From Pelagibacteraceae bacterium AG-345-F21 (GTDB lineage: Bacteria > Pseudomonadota > Alphaproteobacteria > Pelagibacterales > Pelagibacteraceae): 64,000 nt of DNA. Below are positions 24,954 through 35,469 of this stretch, one piece after another. Below the pieces are notes generated by a model, which was given only the letters and a program-made list of their open reading frames with translations, was not told the origin of the DNA and did no database searches. The DNA lies in assembly GCA_003281795.1 (NCBI GenBank), contig QCAW01000001.1, positions 15,206-79,205 of the forward strand, in the 5' to 3' direction. How positions within the stretch are numbered: the stretch's first letter is position 1; the number at the start of each line of letters is the position of its first letter. The position numbers and the translations under genes were made by a program.

Positions 24954-25879
24954 CTATTAATACTGGCGTCAAGCAAGATTTTTTCAACTAAGCTCACAAA
25001 ATTTATACCTTTGTAACTTGCAATTTCTGGAACCAGAGATAAATCTGTCATTCCTGGTTGAGTGTTAGTTTCCAAAAGGTAGAATTTGTTTCTATAAAAT
25101 TTAAAATCTGATCTTGTAACTCCTCTACACCCTAGTGCTTGATGGGCCTTTTTTGCAATCGAAAGGACTTCTTTATATTTTTTACTTTTAATATTTGCTG
25201 GCATTATGTGAGATGTTAAAGCGGTTTTCGAGTATTTTGCTTTGTAATCATAAAATTTTCTTTTAGGTTTAAGTTCAATTGCTCCTAATGGCTTACCGTT
25301 TATCACTGCTACTTGAATCTCTTGTCCGCCAATAAAGGGTTCATAAATTAGCTCATCATATTTTTTAAAAAGAAATTTAGATGCATAATTGAGTTTATTC
25401 AAGTTATCACAAATTTTTACTCCAAGACTTGAACCTTCATTGGTTGGTTTGACAACAATCGGAAAAATAAAATTATTCTTTTTGAGTAATCTTTTTAAAT
25501 ACTCTCTATTAAACTCGTGACTCAAAATAGAAAAATATTTTGGTGTATATAGACCCTTTTGCTTAAATATTTTTTTAGAAATTAATTTATCCATAGCATT
25601 GTAAGAACTCATTATTCCTGAGTGAGTATATGGAATCTTAAAATATTCAAAATAACTTTGAGCAAAACCGTCTTCACCATTTTTGCCATGCAAGGCATTA
25701 AAAATTATATCTATTTTTTTTTTATAAATTAAATCAAGAGGTTTTTTTTTAGGGTCATAAATTGAAACATTATAACCTTTTTTTCTCAAAGCTTTAGCGC
25801 AAGCTCTACCACTATCAAGACTGACAGATCTTTCTCCTGATGTGCCTCCCATTACAACTAAAATTTTTTTATTTTTCAT
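24950..25879 (-). CDS. ddl: D-alanine--D-alanine ligase
   Basis: MGGTSGERSVSL, ALHGKNGEDG, ETNTQPGMT. Confidence 0.96.
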   Translation of the reverse strand: MKNKKILVVMGGTSGERSVSLDSGRACAKALRKKGYNVSIYDPKKKPLDLIYKKKIDIIFNALHGKNGEDGFAQSYFEYFKIPYTHSGIMSSYNAMDKLISKKIFKQKGLYTPKYFSILSHEFNREYLKRLLKKNNFIFPIVVKPTNEGSSLGVKICDNLNKLNYASKFLFKKYDELIYEPFIGGQEIQVAVINGKPLGAIELKPKRKFYDYKAKYSKTALTSHIMPANIKSKKYKEVLSIAKKAHQALGCRGVTRSDFKFYRNKFYLLETNTQPGMTDLSLVPEIASYKGINFVSLVEKILLDASINR

Positions 25880-26777
25880 CTCCTATAATTTTTATTTCAA
25901 GTTCTAAATCTATTCCTGTTTTTAAATGAACTTGACTTTTTACTTTATTAATAAGTTTCTCAATATCTGAAGATTTTGCCTTTCCACTGTTAATAAAAAA
26001 ATTACAGTGCTTTTCAGAAATTTTTGCATCGCCAACTGAAAATTTATCACAACCTGAATCCTTAATAAGTTCCCAAGCTTTTTTACTTTGATTATTTTTA
26101 AATGTGCTTCCGCCTGTTTTTATTTGACTTGGTTGTGAGTCACGCTTTTTTTTAATATATTCTATTTGTTTTTTTTCTATTAACTCTTTTGAGGTAGTAA
26201 CACCTTTTAATTGTGCGGAAATAATAATAAAATTATGAGCGAGGTTGCATCCTCTATAATAAAACTCTATTTCGTCTCGACTAATTTTTTTTTCCTGACC
26301 TTTTTCATCTACAACTAAGACTGACAATAATAATTCCGAAATTTCAGTTCCATAGCACCCGCTGTTCATTATTATGGCCCCGCCTATTGAGCCGGGTATA
26401 CACGACAAAAATTCCATTCCTCCAATTTCATTTATTTTTGCAAATTCTGAAACTTTTTTATCTAATGTGGCAGCACCTACTTCAATTATATCTTTTTTAA
26501 TTAATTTTATATTTGAAAAATTTGAACTTAACTTTACTAAAACTCCTTTTACCCCAGAATCTCTTATAAGGGTATTTGATCCAGCTCCTAAAATATTAAT
26601 TTTGAAATTTTTTTTAAATGTTTCATTTAGAAACTCTTTTAATTGTTCTTTATTCTCTGGTCTAAAAAAAATTTCTGCAGGTCCGCCTAAATTAAACCAA
26701 CTATATTTTGACAAAATTTCATTTTTAATAATGTTCTTGCCGAATTTTCTTTTAAGATTAGAAATTTCTAAATTCAT
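25869..26777 (-). CDS. murB: UDP-N-acetylenolpyruvoylglucosamine reductase
   Basis: GGPAE, GAGSNTL, IPGSIGGAIIMNSG, GGSTFKN. Confidence 0.95.
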   Translation of the reverse strand: MNLEISNLKRKFGKNIIKNEILSKYSWFNLGGPAEIFFRPENKEQLKEFLNETFKKNFKINILGAGSNTLIRDSGVKGVLVKLSSNFSNIKLIKKDIIEVGAATLDKKVSEFAKINEIGGMEFLSCIPGSIGGAIIMNSGCYGTEISELLLSVLVVDEKGQEKKISRDEIEFYYRGCNLAHNFIIISAQLKGVTTSKELIEKKQIEYIKKKRDSQPSQIKTGGSTFKNNQSKKAWELIKDSGCDKFSVGDAKISEKHCNFFINSGKAKSSDIEKLINKVKSQVHLKTGIDLELEIKIIGDEK

Positions 26778-28171
26778 AAGCTTGTTTTTAATTCTTTCAT
26801 CCATTGAGAAATAGAGCCTGCACCCATTCCAATTATTATTTCATTATTAATCAAATTTTTTCTAAAAAACTTATTTAGTTCTTTTTGAGATTTAACTAAA
26901 ACTACTTGAACTTTTGAATTTTTAGATATTAGATCCGCAAATTTTTGAAAGTTGAAACTAGAAATTTTTTTTTCACCTGCAGCATACATAGGGCAAATTA
27001 AAACTAAATCTGATTTTTTAAATGATTTAGAAAAAGCCTGTTTTAAAGAAATTACTCTTGAATATCTATGAGGCTCAAATACTGAAATAACTTTTCTTTT
27101 TTTGTAAACTTTTTTTACTCCATCAAGTATAGATGAAATTTCTGTAGGGTGATGGGCGTAATCATCAAAAAAATCGTTCTTATTTTTTGTAAATATTTTT
27201 GTCATTCTTCTTTGAACTCCTGTAAAGTTTTTTAAAGCCTTTTTGATTATATTAATTTTTACTCCAAGATTTAAGCAAAGTGATACTGCAGCGGATGCGT
27301 TTAAAACATTATGTTCCCCGATCAATTTTAAATTAATATTTTTGATTATAGTTTTTTTATTATTCAGATTTTTATAGTGTAGATCAAATAGTGAGTAATT
27401 TACCTTATATCTTGTATTTGCAATTCTGTAATTAGCGTTTTTGTTAAACCCATAAGTGTATATATTTTTATTTTTTAATTTGAATAAAATGTTTTTTATA
27501 TTTTTATTGTCAATACAGATTAATGATTTTCCAATGGGAGGAGTCTTATTAATAAATTGGATAAAAGCATTCTCTAAATTTTTATAATTTTTATAGTAGT
27601 CTATATGCTCATAGTCTATGTTAGTAACAATCGAATAATGTACTGGTAACTTAAGAAAACTTCCGTCTGACTCATCAGCTTCTAAAATTGCCCAATCGCC
27701 TTTACCAAGTTTTGCATTATTTTTAAATGAATTTATTACTCCACCATTTATAATTGTAGGGTCTAATTTTTGATCTGAAAAAATTTTTGCTACTAAAGAT
27801 GTTGTGGTAGTTTTGCCATGAGATCCAGTTACAATTATATTTTTTTTTAAAGAAACAACACTTGCTAAAACCTCAGCTCTAGAATAAATAGGAATTCCTC
27901 TTTTTTTTGCTTGAAGGATTTCAACATTGTTTTCTTTAATAGCTGAAGATTTAACTACAATAGAGGCATTTTTAATATTTTTTTGTACATGTCCGATATA
28001 AACTCTAATACCCAACCTTGTACAATTAGAAGTATTTTTGTTTTTATTTTGGTCGCTTCCTTGAATTTTTAAACCCATATTTTTCATTATCTGGGCCAAC
28101 CCACTCATTCCTATACCTCCGATACCTATAAAATGTATAATTTCTTTTTGTCCTATACTAATTTTTTTCAT
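26774..28171 (-). CDS. murC: UDP-N-acetylmuramate--L-alanine ligase
   Basis: HFIGIGGIGMSGLA, GSHGKTTTT, DDYAHHPTE. Confidence 0.97.
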   Translation of the reverse strand: MKKISIGQKEIIHFIGIGGIGMSGLAQIMKNMGLKIQGSDQNKNKNTSNCTRLGIRVYIGHVQKNIKNASIVVKSSAIKENNVEILQAKKRGIPIYSRAEVLASVVSLKKNIIVTGSHGKTTTTSLVAKIFSDQKLDPTIINGGVINSFKNNAKLGKGDWAILEADESDGSFLKLPVHYSIVTNIDYEHIDYYKNYKNLENAFIQFINKTPPIGKSLICIDNKNIKNILFKLKNKNIYTYGFNKNANYRIANTRYKVNYSLFDLHYKNLNNKKTIIKNINLKLIGEHNVLNASAAVSLCLNLGVKINIIKKALKNFTGVQRRMTKIFTKNKNDFFDDYAHHPTEISSILDGVKKVYKKRKVISVFEPHRYSRVISLKQAFSKSFKKSDLVLICPMYAAGEKKISSFNFQKFADLISKNSKVQVVLVKSQKELNKFFRKNLINNEIIIGMGAGSISQWMKELKTSL

Positions 28172-29258
28172 TTATAATTTCGTATATTTGTTTATCTATA
28201 TTTTCATAAACAGATTTATCAGAATGTTGTTTTTGTTTTTCCACTATTTGACTTAATATTCTTGGATCTTTATCAATCATTTTAATAAATTCAAATAATT
28301 TTGAGTTCAAATCTTTTTCCTCTACTAAGTAGCTATAACCATTTTTTTCATAATAAATAGCATTTTTTAATTGATGGTTGTCAGCAGATGACGGCAGAGG
28401 AACAGAAATAAAGGGTATTTTAACATTAATTAATTCTGCCAAAATTGAAGAGCCCGAACGAGTTATGGCTAAATTTACTTTAGAAAAATAATCTAAAATT
28501 TTTTCGCTAAAATTAAAAATTTCATAGTCAATTTTTAAATTATCATAAAAAGAACTTAAAATTTTATTTTGACTAGGTAAGCACTGCTGATAAACTCTTA
28601 TAGATATATTGGCTTTAACACATTTTTCAAAAATTTTAGGAAGAGTTTCTCCAAATATTTTCGCAGCTTGACTTCCTCCTAAAATTAAAATTTTAAGTTT
28701 GCTATCATCTTTATGGACTTCTTTATGATTTTTAAAATTAATTATTTCTTTTCGAACTATGTTGCCAATTTTACAAATTTTTCTTTCATATTTTTGTGGA
28801 ATCCCGTCCAATTCATTTTGAGAAACAAAAACTTTTTTTGCGTATGGCAACAAATATTTATTAGCTTTTCCGATGTGTAAATTGTTTTCATAAATAATAA
28901 ATGGAATTTTAAGAATTTTAGCTACTAAACATACAGGAAAAGAGGAATATCCACCCATACCAAAAATCAAATCTGGTTTTTTTCTTAATAAAAAAATAAA
29001 TGATCTTAATACAGAATATAAAACAACTAATACTGAAAAAAATAAATTAAATACGTTTTTTTTAAAAATAGTAGATGTTTCAATTTGAGTAACTTTTAAG
29101 CCGTGATTACTTTTTAAATATTTTAGTCCTCTTTTATCAGAAATAATCTCTACATCAAATTTATTTTCAATGAAATGTTTTGCTAAACTAAAAGCTGGAA
29201 AAATATGACCACCAGTCCCTCCTGTTGCGATAACAATTTTTTTAGTTTTGTAATTCAT
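28158..29258 (-). CDS. murG: Undecaprenyl-PP-MurNAc-pentapeptide GlcNAc transferase
   Basis: GGTGGHIFPA, GGYSS, GGSQAA, RSGSS. Confidence 0.96.
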   Translation of the reverse strand: MNYKTKKIVIATGGTGGHIFPAFSLAKHFIENKFDVEIISDKRGLKYLKSNHGLKVTQIETSTIFKKNVFNLFFSVLVVLYSVLRSFIFLLRKKPDLIFGMGGYSSFPVCLVAKILKIPFIIYENNLHIGKANKYLLPYAKKVFVSQNELDGIPQKYERKICKIGNIVRKEIINFKNHKEVHKDDSKLKILILGGSQAAKIFGETLPKIFEKCVKANISIRVYQQCLPSQNKILSSFYDNLKIDYEIFNFSEKILDYFSKVNLAITRSGSSILAELINVKIPFISVPLPSSADNHQLKNAIYYEKNGYSYLVEEKDLNSKLFEFIKMIDKDPRILSQIVEKQKQHSDKSVYENIDKQIYEIINEKN

Positions 29259-30378
29259 CAATATCTAATTTAATTTTTGTATAATTTAAAATTAATCCGG
29301 CCAAAATAGCGCTGCCAATAAGGGATGATCCTCCATAACTAAGAAAAGGCAAAGTCATTCCAGTTGTTGGCAGCAAACTTGTATTTACTCCGATATGAAT
29401 AAAAGTTTGAAAAATTAAAAGTGAAGCTAAACCGCACAAAGACAATTTTATAAATTCATCGTTTTTTGAAGAACAAGTTTTTACTATTCTGAAAGAAATA
29501 TATAAAAATATACTTATGATAATAATTGAAACTATTGATCCGTACTCCTCAGATATAATAGCAATTATATAATCCGTGTGCGCTTCGGGGACACTATCCT
29601 TAAGAATGCCTTCTCCCATTCCCTGGCCTTTTAACCCTCCCTGTTTAATTGCATCTAATGCTCTCGAGGATTGAAATGTGTCTCCTTTACTAGGATCTAA
29701 AAATGTAATTAAACGATTAATAATATAACCAAATTTTTCTGGCATCAAAAATAAAAGCCCTGATAACAAAATTATAAAAATAATAAAAAAACTTAAGATA
29801 TATAAAAGACTAACCCCTGAAATAAATACTGTGGCTATCCAACTTCCAATTAATAAAATTGATTGTCCTAAATCAGGTTGATCAATTAACAAAATTATTA
29901 TTGAAATTAATAATAAAAAACTAAATAAATATTTTATTTGAGAATTTTTTAATTTTTCGAATGTTAGTATTTTTACTATAGCGAGAATAAAAAAAGGTTT
30001 TAAAAATTCAATTGGTTGTAATCTAAATAGGTACAAATCTAGCCACCTTGTAGCTCCCTTCACTTCTACTCCTATAATAGGAACCAAAACTAATAGTAAA
30101 AAAGAGATTATAAAAAATGGAATAGTCATTTTCTTTAATAATGAAGTTTCAATTGCTGAAATAAAAATCATTACAAAAAGAGCAAATATAGTAAAAATTA
30201 AATGTTTGGAAAAGAAAAAATAATAGGTTTTATTTAGTCTTTCTCCAGCCAAAGACGAGGTGGAAGAAAATGAAAAAAAAAGACCTAAAAAAAATAATAT
30301 TAAAAATCCAAAAAGAATATTTTTATCTATATTTCTCCAATAATTAGAAAATTCAAAATTAAATATATTTTTTAGCAT
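29242..30378 (-). CDS. ftsW: Peptidoglycan polymerase FtsW
   Basis: GATRWL, QPDLGQ, PEAHTDYI, LPFLSYGGSS. Confidence 0.96.
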   Translation of the reverse strand: MLKNIFNFEFSNYWRNIDKNILFGFLILFFLGLFFSFSSTSSLAGERLNKTYYFFFSKHLIFTIFALFVMIFISAIETSLLKKMTIPFFIISFLLLVLVPIIGVEVKGATRWLDLYLFRLQPIEFLKPFFILAIVKILTFEKLKNSQIKYLFSFLLLISIIILLIDQPDLGQSILLIGSWIATVFISGVSLLYILSFFIIFIILLSGLLFLMPEKFGYIINRLITFLDPSKGDTFQSSRALDAIKQGGLKGQGMGEGILKDSVPEAHTDYIIAIISEEYGSIVSIIIISIFLYISFRIVKTCSSKNDEFIKLSLCGLASLLIFQTFIHIGVNTSLLPTTGMTLPFLSYGGSSLIGSAILAGLILNYTKIKLDIDELQN

Positions 30379-31633
30379 ATTGATTAACCAAAAGTTTAAA
30401 TTTATCTCCTCTATCAACGAAGTTTTTATATTGATCGTATGATGCACTTGCTGGACTAAATAAAATAGTAAGTTTTTTTTTATTTTTTAAGAATTTAAAA
30501 ACCTTATTGACAGCTGTTCGTAAATTATAAACAATTTCAAATTCGATTTTTTTATTAATATATTTAACAAAAAATTTAGAATGATTACCAATTATAAACA
30601 CTTTAATAATCTTTTTCTTAAATTCATTAATATTTATTTTGTCATTTTTTTTTGGCAATCCTCCAGTAATCCAAAGAATATTATCATTTGATCTTAAAGC
30701 ATATTTTGTAGACTCAAATGAAGTAGCTTTTGAGTCGTTTATAAAAGTATAATTATCAAATTTTAAAAAGATCTCATGTCTGTGAGCTAAACCTTTAAAG
30801 GATTTTAAAGATTTTAAAAAAGCCTTTTTATTAACATTAAAAATTTTTGATATATAATAAGCAAACTTTACATTATTTTTATTTGCTTCCAGTTGAAGAT
30901 ATCGGTTTTGACTATCTGATATTTTTAATGAATTATTTTTTATATATTTTAATTTTCCTAAAAAATTATTTTTTTTATATAATTTCTTTAAGATTAAATT
31001 ATTTAAAAATGCTATATCTTTTTTTGTTTGATTGTTGAAAATTTTAATTTTTGATTTTACATAATTTCGTTTTGAGCCATGCCAATCCAAATGATCTTTA
31101 GATATATTCAATATAGCTGCACAATAAGGCTTTATGAACTTTGAGTATTCTAGTTGAAATGAAGAAGCCTCAATAATGTAAATTTCTTTTTTTTTAAATT
31201 TTTCATCTAAAACTGGTTTTCCTATATTTCCTACTAATTTACTTTTAATTCTATTTTTTTTTAGAATATGGTGAATTAAAGAACAAGTAGTTGATTTTCC
31301 ATTTGTGCCTGTAATTACAATTGATTTTTGAACTTTATTTTTTAAAAAAAATAAATCTAGATCAGTTATGATTTTTTTTTTATTTTTCAATAATATTTTT
31401 TTAAATTTTGATTTTAAAATATTTATTCCAGGACTCATCACTATATAATCAACAGAGTTTAAAATATTTATAAATCTATTTTTAAGATATAAATTTGATT
31501 TAGTTTGATAATCGTCCCAAGTATAAATTTTGTGAGCTCTATTTTTACTCAAAAAATTGACCACAGAATTTCCAGTCATTCCTAGACCATAAACAGCAAA
31601 ACTTTTATCTTTAAAATTGAATGATTCACGCAT
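30359..31633 (-). CDS. murD: UDP-MurNAc-L-Ala--D-Glu ligase
   Basis: ITGTNGKSTT, EASSFQLE, NDSKAT, SPASASYDQY. Confidence 0.96.
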   Translation of the reverse strand: MRESFNFKDKSFAVYGLGMTGNSVVNFLSKNRAHKIYTWDDYQTKSNLYLKNRFINILNSVDYIVMSPGINILKSKFKKILLKNKKKIITDLDLFFLKNKVQKSIVITGTNGKSTTCSLIHHILKKNRIKSKLVGNIGKPVLDEKFKKKEIYIIEASSFQLEYSKFIKPYCAAILNISKDHLDWHGSKRNYVKSKIKIFNNQTKKDIAFLNNLILKKLYKKNNFLGKLKYIKNNSLKISDSQNRYLQLEANKNNVKFAYYISKIFNVNKKAFLKSLKSFKGLAHRHEIFLKFDNYTFINDSKATSFESTKYALRSNDNILWITGGLPKKNDKININEFKKKIIKVFIIGNHSKFFVKYINKKIEFEIVYNLRTAVNKVFKFLKNKKKLTILFSPASASYDQYKNFVDRGDKFKLLVNQYAKKYI

Positions 31634-32718
31634 TATCTTAATTTGAGTGTTGCTAGTCCTACTAAAGCTAAAATTATTGCTATGATCCAAAATCGAATTA
31701 CAATAGTTGATTCAGCCCAACCTTTTTTCTCAAAATGGTGATGTATTGGTGCCATTTTAAAAATTCTTTTTCCCGTTAGTTTAAATGATATTACTTGAAT
31801 TATTACTGAAACGGTTTCTAACACAAATAAACCTCCGATTATCGCAAGTACGATTTCATGTTTAGCAATAATAGCAATTGTAGCTAGAGAACCTCCTAGA
31901 GATAAAGAGCCTGTGTCTCCCATAAATATTTTAGCAGGAGGAGCGTTATACCAAAGAAAACCTAAACAAGACCCTACTATTGAACCACAAAAAATAGAAA
32001 GCTCACCTACATCTGGAATATATTGTAATTTAAGATACTCTGAAAAAATTGTGTTACCTACTACATAAGAAATTAAAGTAAATGAGAGTGCTACCAGCAT
32101 TACCGGGACAGTGGCCAATCCGTCCAAACCATCAGTCAAATTTACTGCATTAGAAGATCCAATAATCACAAATATACCAAAAGGAATAAAGAAAAGTCCC
32201 ATTTGCCAAATTAAATTTTTAAAAAATGGAAAATATAAATTAAATAAGTATTCATGGTCTGAAAATTCGATTAAAATTAGAATTGCTATAATGCTTATTA
32301 TTAATTGACCAAGTAATTTTAATTTTGAATTGAGACCTCGAGAATTCTTTAACTTAATTTTAAGCAAATCATCTACAAATCCTAACAAACCCAAACTCAA
32401 TGAAACAAAAATTAATGTCCAAATATAAATATTGCTTAAGTCAGCCCATAATAATGTACTAGTCAACATACCTATAATTATAATCACACCGCCCATGGTT
32501 GGAGTTCCAGACTTTTTAATAATATGATCTATAGGCCCGTCTCGCCTAATTGGTCCAGTAATCATATTTTCAGAAAATAGTTTTATAAGCGGTCCACCAA
32601 TTAAAAAAACAACAATAAGTGATGTAACTACAGATAAGCCGGTTCTAAAAGTAAGATATTTAAATACGTTTAAAAAAGAATATTGCTCTATAAGAGAAGT
32701 AAGAATACTAAATAACAT
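31633..32718 (-). CDS. mraY: Phospho-MurNAc-pentapeptide transferase
   Basis: GTPTMGG, NLTDGLDGL, FMGDTGS, APIHHHFE. Confidence 0.97.
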   Translation of the reverse strand: MLFSILTSLIEQYSFLNVFKYLTFRTGLSVVTSLIVVFLIGGPLIKLFSENMITGPIRRDGPIDHIIKKSGTPTMGGVIIIIGMLTSTLLWADLSNIYIWTLIFVSLSLGLLGFVDDLLKIKLKNSRGLNSKLKLLGQLIISIIAILILIEFSDHEYLFNLYFPFFKNLIWQMGLFFIPFGIFVIIGSSNAVNLTDGLDGLATVPVMLVALSFTLISYVVGNTIFSEYLKLQYIPDVGELSIFCGSIVGSCLGFLWYNAPPAKIFMGDTGSLSLGGSLATIAIIAKHEIVLAIIGGLFVLETVSVIIQVISFKLTGKRIFKMAPIHHHFEKKGWAESTIVIRFWIIAIILALVGLATLKLR

Positions 32719-35469
32719 TTATGATTCCTTTATCATTGTATTGCTTATATTTTTAAGACCTGTTGAATTAGATCCTTTTATCATTAAATAATCATTATTA
32801 GTGATTATATTTTTAAAAATTAGATCAATATCTTGATCGCATTGAAAAATATTTCCACGTTTATTTTTATTGATGTTTTTATACGTAAAAAGAGTTTTTT
32901 CACCTTTTATAAAAACTTTATCGATATCAGAACTGTTAATAAGTTTAGACAAATTTCTATGATAGATTTCTGATTTTTTTCCTAATTCGAGCATATCACC
33001 TAAAAGCAAATATTTTTTAAATTTCTTTTTTTTTATTTCTGAAAAATTTTTTAATGCATTTTTAACTGACAATGGATTTGCATTATAACTTTCATCGACC
33101 AATTTAAATTTTTTTTTGTACCTGTTTATCTTATGAATTTTTCCTCTTCCTTCCGAAGGCTCAAAATGTTCATATGTTTTGATAATTTTATCAATGCTTA
33201 AGCCAAATTCATTTAATACTGCTAAGGAGCATAAAACATTGTGCAAATTGATGTCTTTAATTCTAAATTTAATATATTTATTATTCACTCGGACATGAAT
33301 TAGATTGGTGCCATTATTTTTTTTTTGTTTTAAAAATTGAATATCTGACTTATTGTTTTTGCCAAATGTAACAACTTTAATTTTTTTTAATTTTGCCTTC
33401 TTGTAAAGAAAATCAAAAAATTTATCATCACGATTTAAGATAATTGAGCCATTTTCTTCAATATTATTTATTATTTCAGCTTTAGCAGAAGCTATACCTT
33501 TAATGTTTTTAAAATTTTCAATGTGTGCCTCTCCTATATTAGTTATTATGCCTAGATTAGGTTTTATTTTTTTGGTTAACTGATCTATTTCTCCAGATCT
33601 ACTCATCCCAACTTCAAAAACACCAAATTTATGATTTATATCTAAATTAGATAAACTTACGGGCACGCCTATACTGTTATTAAAAGATCTTGGTGAGGCA
33701 AAAGTGCTCCCAAAATTGTTAAGCAAATTTTTTAATAAATTTTTTAAAGATGTTTTTCCTGCACTACCAGTTATAGCAATAATTTTTGCATTCGAATTTT
33801 TTCTATTGAAAAAGGCAAATTTATTTAAAAACTTAAATTCATCTTCTACCTTTATTATCTTTTTTTTAAATTTTTTATTATTTTTTGATGAAATAATTAG
33901 TTTAGCCCCCTTTCGCACAGCTTGTGGTATAAATTTATTTCCATCGTTATTTTTTCCTTTTATAGCCAAAAATATATTTTCTTTTTTTACATCTCTAGAG
34001 TCTATTGCCAATCCATTATATTTATAAAATTTATTTTTTCCAAGGACTTGCTGTATTATTTTTGAATTTGCTAAAAAAGATATTTTTTTTTTTGAATGTG
34101 AACTTTTAATATTCTTGATGATTTTTTTATCAGAAATAGAAATAATTTTTTTTCCATAATCTTGATAAGTCTCATGACCTTTGCCAGCAATTAAGATAAT
34201 TTCATTAGGTTCTGCGTTTAAAATTGATCTTTTAATAGCTTCAGATCTACTGGCTATATTGTAGTAAGTTTTTCCTTTTAAATGTTTGCAAATTTCTTTT
34301 CTAATTTTAAAAGGATTTTCGTGTCTAGGATTATCATCTGTTACATAAATTTTTTTGCAATAAACTTTAGCTATTTTTGCCATTATCGATCTTTTTTTTC
34401 TATCTCTCTCTCCCCCGCAACCAAAAACTAAAGAAATATTGTCATTACTAAGACCTTTTAACGACTGGAGCACTGCTTGTAATGCTCCAGGAGTGTGGGC
34501 ATAATCTAGAAATACTTTAACATTATTATTAAATGTTTTTACAAATTCTAATCTTCCATTAACGTTTTTAATTTTTCTAATAGCTAAGTTAATTTTTTTT
34601 TTATTTAGACCGCACAATTTTGCAGCTAGTGCTGCCATAGATAGATTTTTTAATTGAAACGAACCTTTTAAATTTGAAATATTATTAAGTTCTGTCATTT
34701 TTTTAGATATATTTAACAACTTTAGTTGCCTTATTTTTGAAATTTTTTTTAAATTTGAAAACTCTTTAATTTTTTCATCAGTAATTAAATATTTCTTTTT
34801 TGACAACAATTCAGAGAACAATATTAGTTTTGCTTTAAAATAAGCTTTCATTGTACGATGATAATCTAAATGATCTTGACTTAAATTTGTAAAAATCCCG
34901 GCTTTAAAGTTAATATCGTTAAGTCTTCTTTGATGCAGGCCATGACTTGATGCTTCTATAATTACATTCTCAACTTTATTATTTTTTAAAATTTCTAAAT
35001 TTTTGTGAAGTGTAATAGTATCTGGAGTAGTAAGTTGTGTTTTGATTATTTTTTTTTTATATTTTATTCCTAATGTGCCTATGGAAGCTACAGGTACTCT
35101 ATTTAAGCTTAAAATTTGATAAAAAAAATCTGCTACCGATGTTTTTCCATTTGTGCCTGTCACTGCAATTATATTTTTTGGCTTTGAACTATAAAATTTT
35201 GATGAAAGTTCGCTTAAATATTTTCTTATATTTTTTGTTTTTATTATTAAAATTTTTTTATTGTAATATTTGCAATCTTGTGAACAAATAATAGCAATTG
35301 CACCTTTTTTTATTGCGTCGTTTATAAAATATTCACCGTTTATTTTAGTTCCTTTTGTTGCAATAAAAAAATAACCCTTTTTAACATTATTACTATTTGC
35401 AGTTATTCCTTTTACTTCGAGGTTTTGATGTTTTTTAGATGGAGTTTTAATTAGATTTTTTAGCAACAT
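32719..35469 (-). CDS. murEF: Bifunctional MurE-MurF fusion
   Basis: MurE half: VTGTNGKTS, DYAHTP, DNPR (mDAP), AGKGHE; MurF half: ITGSAGKTS, DESYNANP, LGDMLELG. Confidence 0.93.
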   Translation of the reverse strand: MLLKNLIKTPSKKHQNLEVKGITANSNNVKKGYFFIATKGTKINGEYFINDAIKKGAIAIICSQDCKYYNKKILIIKTKNIRKYLSELSSKFYSSKPKNIIAVTGTNGKTSVADFFYQILSLNRVPVASIGTLGIKYKKKIIKTQLTTPDTITLHKNLEILKNNKVENVIIEASSHGLHQRRLNDINFKAGIFTNLSQDHLDYHRTMKAYFKAKLILFSELLSKKKYLITDEKIKEFSNLKKISKIRQLKLLNISKKMTELNNISNLKGSFQLKNLSMAALAAKLCGLNKKKINLAIRKIKNVNGRLEFVKTFNNNVKVFLDYAHTPGALQAVLQSLKGLSNDNISLVFGCGGERDRKKRSIMAKIAKVYCKKIYVTDDNPRHENPFKIRKEICKHLKGKTYYNIASRSEAIKRSILNAEPNEIILIAGKGHETYQDYGKKIISISDKKIIKNIKSSHSKKKISFLANSKIIQQVLGKNKFYKYNGLAIDSRDVKKENIFLAIKGKNNDGNKFIPQAVRKGAKLIISSKNNKKFKKKIIKVEDEFKFLNKFAFFNRKNSNAKIIAITGSAGKTSLKNLLKNLLNNFGSTFASPRSFNNSIGVPVSLSNLDINHKFGVFEVGMSRSGEIDQLTKKIKPNLGIITNIGEAHIENFKNIKGIASAKAEIINNIEENGSIILNRDDKFFDFLYKKAKLKKIKVVTFGKNNKSDIQFLKQKKNNGTNLIHVRVNNKYIKFRIKDINLHNVLCSLAVLNEFGLSIDKIIKTYEHFEPSEGRGKIHKINRYKKKFKLVDESYNANPLSVKNALKNFSEIKKKKFKKYLLLGDMLELGKKSEIYHRNLSKLINSSDIDKVFIKGEKTLFTYKNINKNKRGNIFQCDQDIDLIFKNIITNNDYLMIKGSNSTGLKNISNTMIKES

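Noticed and set aside
26374-26814. 146-aa + strand ORF and the many other 60-110-aa ORFs antisense to or nested in core genes
   Set aside because: They overlap well-supported genes, have no motifs, and show the F/L/I/S-rich composition expected from the antisense of Lys/Asn/Glu-rich genes.
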